Assembly: GCA_965649825.1 (NCBI GenBank)
Contig: OZ287711.1
Location: forward strand, 107,201-171,200
Direction: 5' to 3'
Source: Penicillus capitatus
Lineage: Eukaryota; Plantae; Chlorophyta
DNA length: 64,000 bases
A program made the translations under genes and the position numbers. Position 1 is the stretch's first letter. Each line of letters starts with the position of its first letter. The notes under the pieces are model-generated. The model did not search any database. It had not been told where the DNA came from and was given only the letters and a program-made list of their open reading frames with translations. This document shows, piece after piece, positions 11,079 through 24,592 of this stretch.

Positions 11079-14000
11079 ATGGATGGGCGAGTCGCTTTTT
11101 TTCTCCTGCTGTGCGTCGCGGCCGGTGCCGCGTTCTCCATCCCCGACAAAGAGTCGAGGACGTATGCATCCAGACAACTCCGCAGTAAGCACCGTCTTCG
11201 CTTTGCACGATAGCACAACGTTGCGAGCTTCGCACCCGTCTTCGGGCCATTCACAAGTTTAACCGCCGCGCCGACTTTTAGGTGGATGCACGCCCTCTTC
11301 GTGCGATGACGGCGCATCCCTTCCAGCAAATGGCGGAAGTAGTATTCCTCGGATGGCGTGAGCATCATCTTTACGATGGCTGTCCTTAGTGGAGAAGAAG
11401 ACGTGTCACATCGAGGAAGGCATCGACCTCGAAGGAGGGGATATGAAGACGGTATCGGACATCGATCAGCTTTGCGGATGTTGTTTCTTCTGCAAGTGGG
11501 AGAGCGGTAAAAAACGCTTGTATGAATTCCTTATCACTCACTGTCGCTCTTCAGGATGCAAGGCATGGGTGTATAACTCGGCCACACAAAGCTGCTATCT
11601 CAAGTCGAAGAGCTACGGGGAATTGAAACAGGTCGCATGCGAAACCTGTGTTGCTTCAAATCCTCAGGGCAGCAAGTATTACAAGTGCCATGGCAGTAAG
11701 AGTCAAATGACAAGTAAGCTGAGAGCTCCCTTCCCATCGCTAGCATGAGAAGTGTGCTCTGTTGCGCAGCGAAGAAAACGACGACGATGACGACAACCGA
11801 GGAATCTAGTTCCTCCTCCGCTGCTCAGAAAGAAGCTTACGGTTCTTATCATGGAGGCGGTGGCGGCGGCAAGAAGTCGGAAACGATTTCTTCGGAGTCG
11901 TACGAGGAGGAGGCAGTTGGCGAGGCGACAGAGACGTTTTCCACCGAGTCGTATGAGGAGGAGGCAGTTGGCGAGGCGACAGAGACCTTTTCCACCGAGT
12001 CGTACGAGGAGGAGGCAGTTGGCGAGGCGACAGAGACTTTTTCCACCGAGTCGTACGAGGAGCATGGAGGTAGCGAAAAGACGGAGACGTTCTCTTCGGA
12101 GTCGTACGCTGAACATGGCGGTGGCGGCAGTAAGAAGACAGAGACGTTTTCCTCCGAGTCGTACGCTGAACATGGCGGCGGCGGCGGCGGTTCGAGTGAA
12201 ACGCACAAAGTTTCCACGGCAGAGTCGCAGAAGCCGTCCGTTATGTTGTCTCAAGAAGAGCTTCAGGCGTCACTTGGCTCGGTGCCGAAGTATGGTGTGG
12301 ATGTGGGCGTCGCCCAGGCAACAGGAACTGAGAAATGCAGATTCAAAGAAGGGTATGACCAGCCTGCCGAATACGATATGTTGCAGAAGCCTCTTATCTT
12401 GGCAAGCTCCTTCCTTTGCTGCGATGCATGCAAAGCAAACCCAGGTCTGCCTGCCTGTCAAGGATTAAGATTTCTAACCGTCGTATGTGAGCAGCTTGCA
12501 AATCATGGGTGTGGAAGCAAGACTCAACGGAGTGCTTCTTGAAGAACGAGTACAAGGCCGAAAAGAGTGACATTCCATGTGCTTCCTGCATTGCCTACTG
12601 TGCAGCTGGCAGTCAATACGTCTACAGTCTTTCCGCGGGACAGAAAACGACGCACTCTACCATCAAGTCCACGACGAGCAAAACCACGACGACGGGATTT
12701 ACGCAGCAAGAGATGCAGTACTATACGTACATCTTCGGTCAATACGGGTGGGGCAAGTACACGGGATCACAGAAGTCCACCTGCACAGTGATCGTCGGAT
12801 TCGACCAGCCACAAGATTTCGACCTGCCCGGAATGCCGATCGATACAGACAATGCCTTTGCCTGCTGCGACAAGTGCTCCGCGACATCCGGTGCGTCGGA
12901 AGCATCGCATCAAGCATGCTGTATGTCAATGGTGTATGTAGGATGCAAGTCGTGGGTGTGGCGCTCGCAATCGAAGAAGTGCTTCTTGAAGAAGATGTAC
13001 GACTACCGTCGGATCAAGGAAACGAAATGTGACGACTGTGTGGGATACGCTAAGAAAGGCACGATCTACGTCTTCGCCGGCCAGTCGGGAGAAGGATCCG
13101 GACAAAGCGAGAGCGCGGGGCAGACCACGGGGAGCACCGTTTCGTCCGAGAAGACATCAACGAGCACAACGACTGAGACGACGACCACAACGAAGTGGGC
13201 AGTGGGCTTCTTCGGTGGTGGAGTTGGATGGCAGACAGCAACGGCAGGCGACGCGTCGAACAAATGCGTTTTCTCAACGGGGTATGATCAACCTGCCGAT
13301 TTCAATCTCATTTCACGGCCACTGAACTTGGCAACAGCACTCATGTGCTGCGACTCCTGCGGCCAGAACGACCGTAAGCATCGCCCATTTGACGACAGGG
13401 GTGTCCACGTTCGTTGTGTACAGAATGCAAATCATGGGTGTGGAATTCTAAAACGCACGAATGCTTTCTCAAAAACAACTACGATGAACGAAGAAACAAC
13501 ATCAAATGCGATGACTGTGTCGCATACAGCAAGACAGGAAAATACCTCCTTGTCCTTGGAGGATCATCTTCATCATCATCGACATCGGAGACCACGGCCG
13601 GGAAATCTTCGTCAGAGACGGCGGCTGTGGGATCGTCAGCAAAGACCGCCTCCACTTTCGTGCAGCAAAAGGATTTGTCTTGGGCCCAGGAGTTTGGTAT
13701 TTGGATGCCGAAAGACATCGCTTCGAGAACGTGTACGCTTTCCAAGGGCTACGATCAGCCTGCGGAATACAACATTCACAGCGAGCCGCTCAAAGTCCAA
13801 TTCGCCTTTGAATGCTGCAATGAATGCGCAAAACTGGACGGTAAGTTGAGATGTGGACCGAACGCAGTTGATAACGTGTGGCTTCTTCGCAGCGTGCAAG
13901 TCTTGGGTCTTCAAGAGAAGTTCAAAGGAATGCTATCTGAAAAATCAATACGATACTAGTAAGAGGACTGCATGCTCCGACTGCTGGGCTTACGATTCGA

Positions 14001-16140
14001 GCAGCAGACGTTTCGTCTATCAGAAAAAAGTGACCGTGACTGTGACGATCACGACGACGACCACCAAGTGGACGTCAATGACATTTGGTGGTTGCGGTTG
14101 GCAAACTGCCACTGGATCCGAATCCTGTCGCTTTTCGGTTGGTCAAGACCAGTCGTCCGAATACGATCTCCTCGCTAATCCACTCTATCTGGACACTCCA
14201 TACATGTGTTGCGATGCGTGCAAGCAAAACGACCGTAAGTGGCTCAGTACTGCAAGCCTTGGTATGAAGTGACGTTTGGTCTTGTAGAGTGCAAATCGTG
14301 GGTGTGGAAAGCGACCCACAAGAGCTGCTATCTTAAGACACAGTACGACGAGTCGAAGACTGAGCCGTGCTCGGATTGTGTGGCCCAAAGCCAAGGAGGA
14401 AAGTATTACTTTGTTTCGAAGTATAGCAGCACCATGGGTGGCAGCTCCGGAGATGTATCTGCCGGTTCTGGAGATGTTTCTGCTGGCTCCAGTCGCGTAC
14501 AAGAAAAAGACCTCTCATGGGCTACGGAATCCGGTATCTGGATGCCGAAATCAATCGCCGCAAAGACATGTACTATCTCGAAGGGCTACGATCAGCCTGC
14601 TAAGTACAACATTCACAGCCAACCACTCGAAGTCCAATTCGGTTTCCAATGTTGCAACGAGTGCGCCAAACTGAACGGTAAGAGGCTGTCTGCATCAGAA
14701 AATGTGCATGACCGTATGCTCTATCTGCAGATTGCAAGTCCTGGGTCTTCAAGTTGGATTCACAGGAGTGCTATCTGAAGAATTACTATTATGCCAGCAA
14801 GGACATTCCATGCTCAGATTGTGTCTCTTACGACTCGAGCAGTAGGAGCTACGTCTACCAGAGAGAGTCACAGAAAACGGTTATTACGAAAATCACGACG
14901 ACAAGCTCCAAATGGACATCGACGACATTTGGTGGTTGCGGATGGGCAGCAGCCACTGGATCCGAATCCTGTCGCTTTTCGGTTGGTGAAGACCAGTCGT
15001 CCGAATACGACCTCCTCGACAAGCCACTCTATCTGGACACTCCTTACATGTGCTGCGACGCGTGCAAGCAAAACGACCGTAAGTGGCTCAGTACTGCAGG
15101 CCTTGGTATGAAGTGACGTCTGGTCTTGTAGAGTGCAAATCGTGGGTGTGGAAAGCGACCCACAAGAGCTGCTATCTTAAGACACAGTACGACGAATCGA
15201 AGACTGAGCCGTGCTCAGACTGCGTGGCATACAGCAAGGGCGGGACGTACTACCTCACGTCGAAATACACAACGTCCAGTAGTAGCACTGGCGGCAGTAG
15301 CAGCAGCATCAAAGAGGATGTCTCTACTGGTTCCACCGTCACGGTGGCGCAGAAAGATCTGTCCTGGGCTTCTGATGTCTGCATATGGATGCCAGAGAGC
15401 ATTGCCAAGAAGATATGCACCATATCGAGTGGTTACGATCAACCAGCGGAGCACAACATCCACAGCCAACCGCTCAAAGTGGATTTTGCCTTCGAATGCT
15501 GCAACGAGTGTGCCAAAGTGAACGGTGAGTTCCCGCTGAACGAGATAGAACTGACAGCGAATCTTCCACTGCAGAGTGCAAGTCCTGGGTGTTCAAAGCG
15601 TCCTCGAAGCAGTGCTACTTGAAGAACCAGTATGATGTCAGCAAGACGCTTCCTTGCAAAGATTGCATTGCCTACGCCCCTGATCGCGAATCCTTTGCTC
15701 ATCAGACCAAGGTGACAGTGACGAAGACGTTTCCTCTGGCCACCGCCCAGTGGACGTCGGACACATTTGGCGGAAGTGGCTGGGTTCAGGCCTCTCAGTC
15801 GGATGCCTGCCGCTTCGTCGTCGGTCGCGATCAGCCAACCGACTACGATCTTGCCGCTCCGAGCTACACAGCCAATCCGTTCGATTGCTGCGATGCATGC
15901 AAACAAAACGACAGTGAGAAAAATCCCTTGTCTTTGCTGTTCTGCTCATCCTCTGCCGCAGAGTGCAAATCGTGGGTTTGGAAGGCCACCTACAAGAGCT
16001 GCCATCTCAAGAATCACTACGACGAGTCTAAGGAAACAACATGCGGCGACTGCGTCTCCTACAGCACAGGAGGTGGTTATTCTGTCACAGACAAGCACGC
16101 TGGTTTTGGATATGGTGGCAAACCAGTGATAGCGACTTGA
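11079..16140 (+). CDS. large secreted multi-PAN/Apple-domain protein (10 domains) with acidic Ser/Thr/Glu repeats
   Basis: Signal peptide MDGRVAFFLLLCVAAGAAFS at 11079; the exon joins near the N-terminus are uncertain. Ten modules of the form C..GxDQ..CCxxC..|.CKSWVW....CYLK..CxxC are each split by an intron at the same position. Stop TGA at 16138-16140. Confidence 0.85.
11895..12200 (+). repeat. coding tandem repeat, 51-bp unit (ESYEEEAVGEATETFST) x3 plus ~3 degenerate units
   Basis: Units start at 11895, 11946, 11997 and 12048, then decay to ESYAEHGGGG variants. Confidence 0.95.
13200..16080 (+). repeat. higher-order internal repeat of alternating PAN types A/B, period ~845 bp
   Basis: Type A modules (FGGxGWQTATG linker) alternate with type B modules (KDLSWA..GIWMPK linker). 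The introns at 14235 and 15079 differ at only 2 of 53 nt. Confidence 0.9.
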
Positions 16141-18004
16141 ACAGACGACAACACGACACGTTGTCTTTCCACATCGTAAAGGCAAATGAAGATGAAGCCA
16201 TTGGATTTGTGCAAGGAGGTATTTTATTCTGTCAATAGCAATCATGCGAATAGAACAACGGCCTGTTTAAAGACGACGAATAGGTCGTTGAGAGCATGTT
16301 CTCCAAGCGTTCGGATTTCGAGGGAGTTTTCGACGGCGAGTGAGACGTACGGCGGTTTGGCCGGGTTACCTAAGTGACTTCGTCGCCCGAGATCATCGAT
16401 TCTTACGCTGCGGCGCGATCTATTGAGTGTCGACGTGTATCTATATCGTGTCTTGACGTTAGAAATAGCGAACAAACAGAACTCCGCGCGACGAAGTGCC
16501 GTCTACCGAGCGAATACTGCGTGCCCGCTTTCGCATCCAGTCCGGGGGGCGCAACACGGTGATACTCAGGTATCTGGAGCATGCAGTCAATGGAGAAATG
16601 GAGACGAACGTTAAAACAGCTGATGCTGCGTCAGTATATAGAAGAACATCTGAGACCATTGGTAAGACAGATCAGAGGCCTTTCGGAATCTTATTTGTTG
16701 CGCCTATACACAACGTGACGTGATCGCTATCTGAAAACAAGCAGGATCGGGAGGATAACACCCTAGCGTCATTTGCACATTCAGCAGGGCAGTATGGAAT
16801 GCGTGACGCTACAAGAAGAAAACAAGTCGTCTTCAGACGCGAATCGTCGGCATTACACACCCGTCACATAATAATCCAACTACAATTCAGAGCATAGAGC
16901 ACAACGTTAATAAGACGTCGCAATGTGCATTTAATTCGCGTATCATATTCTCGTTTTCTTAGCTGGTTGTGCCTAAACTGCGAGGATCTTCTCGTAGGAT
17001 AAATGGCCGGATTTATAAGAGTCTTCGCATATGGCACAACAGCCATTAACAGGCTCTTCGTAAGAAGGGCGACGGTGCTTTTTAAACGGAAAAAGGATAA
17101 AGCCCTTCTCTAACAGTTATGCATTTGTAGCATAAAGGCAAAACATAAAGTGAGCGCCCTGGATTGGGAAAGCGCTTCGTAGATCTCAATCCTAGGGGCG
17201 ATGGGTATACGTAATCTTGCCTCTTCAAGAATGACCGACGGCATTGGATTGGAAGCTTTGAGAATTACATCTGTTACACATTGAATCATCGAGTCCCGTC
17301 CGTCCTTGCTCAACCAGAAGGAACATGAAGTGAAATGACGGGAAGGGTGTATCGACGTAAAGAGAGAAAGACGACGAGTATTCTTGTCGGGAATCGTGCA
17401 ACGATGTTCAAACAACGAGAGTCGAAAGACGCGCGAACGACGATGCTAAAGACGCGCTCGGAGATAACACCAAGAACACGAGATATTCTTACAAAGATTG
17501 TCGCCTTTAAACATCCACGATGGTTAAGGTTTCCTAACCTTAGCCTCTAACAGCTGCGAACTTGTCCATGCATTCGACAACCATATCCCTACTGCTATGA
17601 GGAATTTGCCACGAGGGCACTCATCCGTCGCTCTCCATGGTTCAGAGACCTGGATGGTTATTCAAGTGCACAACAATCACGGTGGTTGCTCTGGGTGATA
17701 CGCACGTTTAATCTCCAACAATTCTACCCCGTCATTCGGAGTCTGCGCATGCGGAAAGAGTGTGGCCACTTGTCACAGTCACAGCTCTCTTATAACCTTT
17801 GCGCAGTTGTTCAAGAAATGCAGAGAAAGCCAGATGCGGCGCAAAAAGCTCAACGCGTCCTGTTACGCCCTAATCGGTACATCGGTGAACGGGGGATTGC
17901 GACGGCGGACAAGGGACACATGCTTAACGATGTTCAACGGTCCCACTGAGTGTCCATGTTATTATTCCGATAAAAGAAAGTCGTCTGGGAAATTAATTGT
18001 CTCC

Positions 18005-18183
18005 TATTCCGGAGCCGCGGGGTCACATCATCACGATCTAGAGCGAATGGTCGCGTTATCATTGCACGGACATTAGGAGTAGCATCTAAGTAACATGCAG
18101 AACCACTTAGACGAAGCGTTGATCACTGTTATGGAACACAAGTCGTCTCGGAAAAGTCCCGTATTCCGGAGCCGCGGGGTCAC
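18005..18183. repeat. 22-bp exact direct repeat (tattccggagccgcggggtcac) within a degenerate ~157-bp duplication
   Basis: Copies at 18005-18026 and 18162-18183, each preceded by aagtcgtct(g/c)ggaaa. Confidence 0.85.
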
Positions 18184-19891
18184 GACACTCTTGTCACGCT
18201 CTCGCTTTATTGATGTCATTTCATTTAGATTGTCACCTCGTACCTGCCTCGTTTTCTCAGGGTCTTGCCTCCCAAGAGGCGCTCATAAAGCGTTCACGAC
18301 AACTTAGAGGTATTTTCCTCTGGTTATGAGAATCGGATAACTTGCCTGACTTTTGAAGTCTTGTCACATTTAACGTATAAATGGGTGAATGCGAACCTTA
18401 GACTACCACTGCATTGTAAGGTTTCAAGTCTTCCGCTGTATTATCTCTGAAGCGCGGCATGGCCGGCGTGACAACCACGATATGAATCAGTTTTGATTAC
18501 TGAGGTGGATTTTTTTGCGTTTGATGGCTTTTGCATCTCTTTTTTGAGTAGACCATGAGAGCATCGGACAACCAGTGTTCAGCCATCACAAAGAGACCAA
18601 CAAGCAGGAGAGAAATGAAACAATGTGAAGGTCAGGTGGGTAGGAGGCGGGAGCTAGTAGGGCTCGTGAAAGGACGGATTGGCAAATCATATAATCGAGA
18701 GTTGCAAACGATATCGCTTTATTTCCAAACAGTTTCTCATGCAGGGTTTTCGAAACGTACACCTTGATGTTCCTACTAGGGATCCATGCAAGCAACGGAT
18801 TTCCGTGGTCGTCGCGTTTCCAGCGGTTCAGGCCGAGCGGGGCGGAAAAGTGTGTCTCCGTGAGGGCGGCCGCAAAAACATTCTAGCAGGAGGCGTTCTG
18901 TTTAGCAATGGCGGCGATGGCTGCTTCAGCTGGGATGTCGTCGTCCAAGTTGCCGATTACCACTTGGATTTTTCTTATGAGGTCGAGGGATAGGAGGCGC
19001 TGAGTTCAAATGTTCCGAGGTCTTTCAGTTCCTGGTTCCAACGATCGTGCTCATTGTCCAGATGTTGGTAAAGAGCGGCCGTCTCGAAGGTTTAGAACGT
19101 TATTAAGGAGGATGATGATTGACTGGTACGACGGACTTACGGTCGCATGACAATAATATTACACCTGAATGTACGAACAGTTTCAGTTTGTGTACTGATA
19201 TGTATATTTTTGTTGTACTTTTTTGTCTCGAGTTCGTTCGAGCTCGCTTTTTTATATCCCGATTCTTTACTGTCCGGCTGAAAAGAAGCCTGCATGCCGT
19301 ACATTACCTCACTGAGTTCTCAAAATCTCCAGGCAAAGTAGTTCTCTGCCAAAGATGGCAAACGGAAGCAAAACTGCAGAGCGTACACAAATCTCACCGT
19401 TAACAAAATATCGAAGCAGTGCCGTCGGTCACAACGCGCGCCTATTCGGCTCTGTTTGCTCAGCCAGCCGTTTTCATGCGTCAGATTGATCACCTATCGA
19501 GGCGAACTGAGGAGTAACGAAGTCGTTTGACAGAAGACCTTCGGGTTTTATCGGAGTCTCTGCCACGAGATTACTGGTTCACACTCTTTCCGAACCCAAC
19601 GCTTACCGGTGGCATCTGAATTGTCGCCGATCGAGGGTACCAAGAGACGACAGGCATCTCCCGATTCTTCCCTCCGCTGTGGAGTGCCGCTCCTGTCTCG
19701 GATGAAGTACCTGTTCAAGGGGCTCCAGTTGAGTCGAAGCGTATGCCCAGCGAGGTCTTCAGTGGATGAATTCGCTTCTGCAGCCCAAGTCGTTCGTGTG
19801 CGGTCACGTCTCGATGCGTCGTCGTGCCACGATCTCCTTCATTCGCTTTCTGCGCATTAGCGTCGCTGCCCACACGTCGAACGAAAGTGCG

Positions 19892-20875
19892 ATGCAACGC
19901 GGTCGTGGAAATCCGTATCGCCACCCGCGTCAATCTTTCGCAACATCTCATCGCGCTTCGACGCCACGGTCTTCACACGGGTCACCTCTGCCACTTCAGC
20001 CAGGGTGTTTCGTAGGATGTGGCCGAACTACTTCTTGGCCGTTCCTTTGGCGCAGTATGATGCCGTGACGGAGCACATCGCCCGCATTCAAGCGGCTCTG
20101 GTCCAAAAATCCCCTGAACTGGAAGGCACCCTTGTGGACCCAGCTACAGCCCATCTCACCCTCTTCGTCTTGCCACTTCATGAACCAGTTGAGCTCAGCC
20201 GCTCGACATCACTCCTCCCTCGTCACTCGATGCTGTAGACGGCGGCGAGGACTGATCCGCCTGAAAACGTCGCTCTGCTGCCAGATGCTGTTCGGGCTCT
20301 TGAGTCCTCTCTCCCCCTTCTCGAATCCCATGGAGTGAAACACCCTCTCACGCTCACCTTTAAGGGATTGGGAAACTTCAACGACCAGGTCACTCGCCGC
20401 ACCACGACTTCGCATAGACGCGTCGCAACAGGTTCTGTTTCTGGAAGTGGAAGAGAGTCCCGGTCTTTCGGATTTGCAGAAGATAGCGGAGCACCTCTCT
20501 GCGCATTTTCTCGAACAGAAGATTCTTTCAGACCATCCCCAGAATCCGTTCAAGGCGCACTTGACCGTCGCCAAAACAAGTCAGCTGTTCAAGCGACGAG
20601 GATCTCGAGATAATGTAGGTTTGGCAACACGCATCGACCCCCCTCTTGGACCCTTCTCGTGCAGAGGACAGAGGCACGCAGGGTGCGGATCCCGCCATCG
20701 AGCTACGCATCGTACAGCAAGGCTGCTTTGGACGGAAGCTTTGAGATTCGACAAATCCAGCTCTGCAGAATGCAAGGTGCGGATCTGCAAGCCCTCTATT
20801 CTTCACGCATGAAACGATGCAGGACGCAAGGCCGGCGAATACTACACAGTAGAGTCATCCATTTCTCTCGAATAG
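19892..20875 (+). CDS. AKAP7/ASCC1-like 2H phosphoesterase (AKAP7_NLS family)
   Basis: PNYFLAVPL start motif, two HxT motifs (AHLTL, AHLTV), GLGNFNDQV and IQLCRM. GT-AG introns link the exons; stop TAG at 20873-20875. Confidence 0.88.
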
Positions 20876-21920
20876 GCATCCATGGAGCCGACTGCAGCGC
20901 CATTGCGGGCCAGGACTGTGCTCCATTTAAGATACTATGCCGTTAGAGTGAGAATAATGAGACAAGAGCTTTTCAGTCACTCGCAAAGTCCAAGCGAGCG
21001 AATGCTCATACATCTGTAGCCGAGACATAAGAGAACGGACTCTGGCTGACCCTTCCGGTTTCCAAAGGACAAAAGAAACACATCCTGTTAGAAAGAAAAC
21101 ACCGCGAGAAATGTAGACAGACGCAGACACCGAATCCTGATCAGGAGCGTTGTTTCGTCAATGACACGCCTACGGTCGGTTTATGAAAACGCAGCAAGGC
21201 TCAAGAAGGGTACCGACGACGGCATCGATATTGTAGAACGCGGACGCCTTTCCTTCCGTATGAGGCAGAAACTGAACAGGCGAAAACCTTGACAGAGAAC
21301 GGATTCCGAGTGACGAGAAGTGGTCTCATCGTTGCAACCATCCTGTCTCGTACAATGCACCAGAGGAAACAGATGTCTGACGATCGTCCAGATGACCACG
21401 ACAGCACAGCTTGATGGACAGATTCCCTCTACACTGACAAGATTCTCATTCGTTACTTTTTTCAGAGGATGTCTTAGAAATCGTCGTCGCATTCACTAGT
21501 GCCGTCCCATCATTGCATCACAGAGAAATGGATAGATAGCTTAGTGCTGGGACTTACGGACAGACAGGAGAGCGCCAAGTATGCTTAAAACGATGTGTGT
21601 ACCGACGGACAGGCAGCTGAGCTGGTTTGTCGAAGAGAGGACGCGATCGCGATTCAACTGCCGATAAAGTGCAGATTTCTTAACATCAGAACAGTCCCTG
21701 TGGAATTGTAGATGCAGCATCTGGCTAATCGAGTCCACTCAACCCACATAACACAAATAAAAGGTACACTTATTTGATTATCCGCGAATTCTTAAAAATA
21801 GATCAGAAAAGATTTTGCTCATCGATCAGGGTAACGATGGAGAAAAGCACGAATGCGGAGGAAGAGATGTAATCTTCTTAAACAATACCCCCTGCAGAGA
21901 TTATGATAAATAAAAACGTG

Positions 21921-23365
21921 TCAAAAAACTTTGCCGAAAATGAACTGTTCGACATAAGAATCAATGGATTCACGATACTCTTGTGCAACGCTCTTAGCGA
22001 TTTCTTCGACAAAGGTCACGACAGTCGGGTCAGTGAATCGTGCGAGCGCCATGCCCTCTTCCGACGTGATTGGGGCGATTTTTTGCACTCTGAGATACTG
22101 ATTCGGTTTGACGTTGGGATTCGAATAGTAGATGTAATCTGTTAGAGCTGACAGTGCGTCGATTCCACTGAATATGGTCAGCGTCAGCCATGCGTCCTCG
22201 CCAAGCCAACGAATCGCCCCTTCGTTCGACAGTCCAAGTAGACTGGAGGTGGCTCTTCCGTTACTGATCGAGAGCAGAGCACTGCTTTCGATATCCGCAG
22301 CGCCAGTCTCGGCCGCGACAAAACTGCTCGCTGGCAATTCTGTTGATGCCAATGGATTGACTCCATCGATCATGACAAACTCCACAGTGTCATTGCCGAC
22401 TTGGGATACATTCTTTGCTGCGTTGATTGCAACAACTGAACCTGTGGCAACGCCGATGTCTCTGAGATGGTAATTCTTGCCTTCCTCAAACGTAAAATCC
22501 GGTGTGAAGCGTCCATTACTGGCAGGAAGCGATCTCGGCCCAGAACGCACTATCAATCGAGCCGCGGACGTCACTGACGGTTCTCTGAACTTGTTCTGAA
22601 CGAAAAAGACTCCTTCCGATCTGATCAGGTCATAGGCGGGAATGATGACAGAGGTGTCGCAGTCCTCCAGCGTTGTGTTTCCATAGAAAGCTTCGAGGGT
22701 GCTTTCCAATCCGTCGGACGGATACAGGGGCGTCAGGACGCCTGGCGCGTTGATATTTGTGACATCCAGCGGCGTCCCTGCCGTGAAATTGATGGACCCC
22801 GTCGGATAGATGGTGCTGCCGAATTCGATGTAGAAGACGCGAAGAGCCTCGGCGCCACCGGCGGGTATCACCCCATACCTCGCCACGATGTCCGGTCTCT
22901 CCAGCACAGCACGTACGGCACCCTGACCGCCTCTCGAGGCAAGATACAAGGTCGTCCAGCCACCGGCCGAGATACCCGTCATGCAATCAAAGTAGTCGGC
23001 GAGGTTGATGTCGAAGTCATCGACGCTGCGGATGTGGTTGAAAGGGTGCAGCAAGTGGGGATTCTTGGCGAGGTATCTTTTTATGGACTGTTCGACTTCG
23101 ATGAGGATCGTCGTCGAGAAAATAGCGCGGAGGCCGCCTCCGTCCACGGCGAGAATTGTTTTGAACGTGCTGCCTGGGGGTCTGCGAATGAGTGGCCTAA
23201 AGGCAGAAAACGCAAAACAGTTTACAGCCAGCTGTTTCACCCGTAAACGCACTTTCCGGTGGATGATAGTTTTGTCTCCGTAGGATAGTGACTGCCGTAT
23301 TTGCCGTGAACGACATTCGCCAAAAGGCATAAAACAACGAAGGTAACACCTGCGCAAAACTTCAT
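21921..23365 (-). CDS. secreted patatin-like phospholipase, copy B
   Basis: Signal peptide MKFCAGVTFVVLCLLANVVHG, the same intron as copy A, and motifs DGGGLR, GISAG and IDG. The ORF is intact. Confidence 0.93.
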
Positions 23366-23559
23366 AGTCAAACTGCTGCTGCTCACCAAAACAATAGCGA
23401 CAAACGGGTTGATACGAGCAATTTATAGGTGAACAGTGCAGTGCTTACGGTTAATTGCACTTTGTGGTCCATTCGTTTAACGCTACGATGTTCGCCTTAA
23501 TGGAAGGTTTTAAATTCGAACCACAAACAACCTTCCGTGAAACCCACTCTTTGGCTGTG

Positions 23560-24030
23560 CGTACCGGCAACGTCTGCCACTGTTTACATCCGTAAAGGAT
23601 CTAGAGAGAAGGAAAGTAATCGTCGAGGAAAACTTCGCCGTTGCCTCGCGGTCAAACGATGCCCACTGTCGAAAAGGAAATGCAGATCATGCACGGATGT
23701 GTTCATCGAGAACACTTATAAGAGGTATGTTTACCTAAAACTGAAGCAGAGCGTTTAACAGTGTGATATGAACGTGTAAAAAGTGAACGGCTGGGTCATC
23801 ATGGATACAGACGGATGGATGTATGATGAAAACACGAATCGTGTCTGCCCCTTCAGCTTGACAAGTACGTGCATTCATGGCTGGCTTGTGATTTCAGATT
23901 CTGACTTGAAGAGAGAGGCCATCGTTCAAGATGAAGTCCAATAGATCGTAGGACTGTACGACCAGATCTTGCAGCCAGCACAAGCATGGAGGCTGCTTCA
24001 CTGGACGGAACTCAATCGTGGTCTCCCCGT
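23560..24030 (+). pseudogene. relic of the unknown divergent gene, copy B (truncated by the PAN fragment)
   Basis: Encodes WMYDENTNRVCPFSLT|SDLKREAIVQDEVQ* with an in-frame TAG where the other copies have Trp. The GT-AG intron is conserved. Confidence 0.55.
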
Positions 24031-24060
24031 GCCGAGACACATTGAGATTAGTAGCGGAAT

Positions 24061-24592
24061 CAGCAGCATCAAAGAGGATGTCTCTACTGGTTCCACCGTC
24101 ACGATGGCGCAGAAGGACCTGTCCTGGGCTTCTGATGTCTGCATATGGATGCCAGAGAGCATTGCCAAGAAGATATGCACCATATCGAGTGGTTACGATC
24201 AACCAGCGGAGCACAACATCCACAGCCAACCGCTCAAAGTGGATTTTGCCTTCGAATGCTGCAACGAGTGTGCCAAAGTGAACGGTGAGTTCCCGCTGAA
24301 CGAGATAGAACTGACAGCGAATCTTCCACTGCAGAGTGCAAGTCCTGGGTGTTCAAAGCGTCCTCGAAGCAGTGCTACTTGAAGAACCAGTATGATGTCA
24401 GCAAGACGCTTCCTTGCAAAGATTGCATTGCCTACGCCACTGATCGCGAATCATTTGCTCATCAGACCAAGGTGACAGTGACGAAGACGTTTCCTCTGGC
24501 CACCGCCCAGTGGACGTCGGACACATTTGGCGGAAGTGGCTGGGTTCAGGCCTCTCAGTCGGATGTCTGTCGCTTCGTCGTGGGCTGCGATC
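24061..24592 (+). pseudogene. ~530-bp near-identical genomic copy of PAN-gene segment 15301-15832 (domain 9 and start of 10)
   Basis: Constant offset of 8760 bp with only a handful of substitutions. The intron is retained, so this is a DNA-level copy. Confidence 0.93.

Larger units (their letters stand above)
21239..24030. repeat. segmental duplication unit B
   Basis: Direct copy of 7555-~10330. Identity is patchy: near-identical 5' flank and patatin core, but much more diverged UTR and relic gene. Confidence 0.92.

Noticed and set aside
11895-12100. CRISPR-like array
   Set aside because: The 51-bp units abut with no unique spacers, are in frame within a eukaryotic coding exon, and there are no cas genes.
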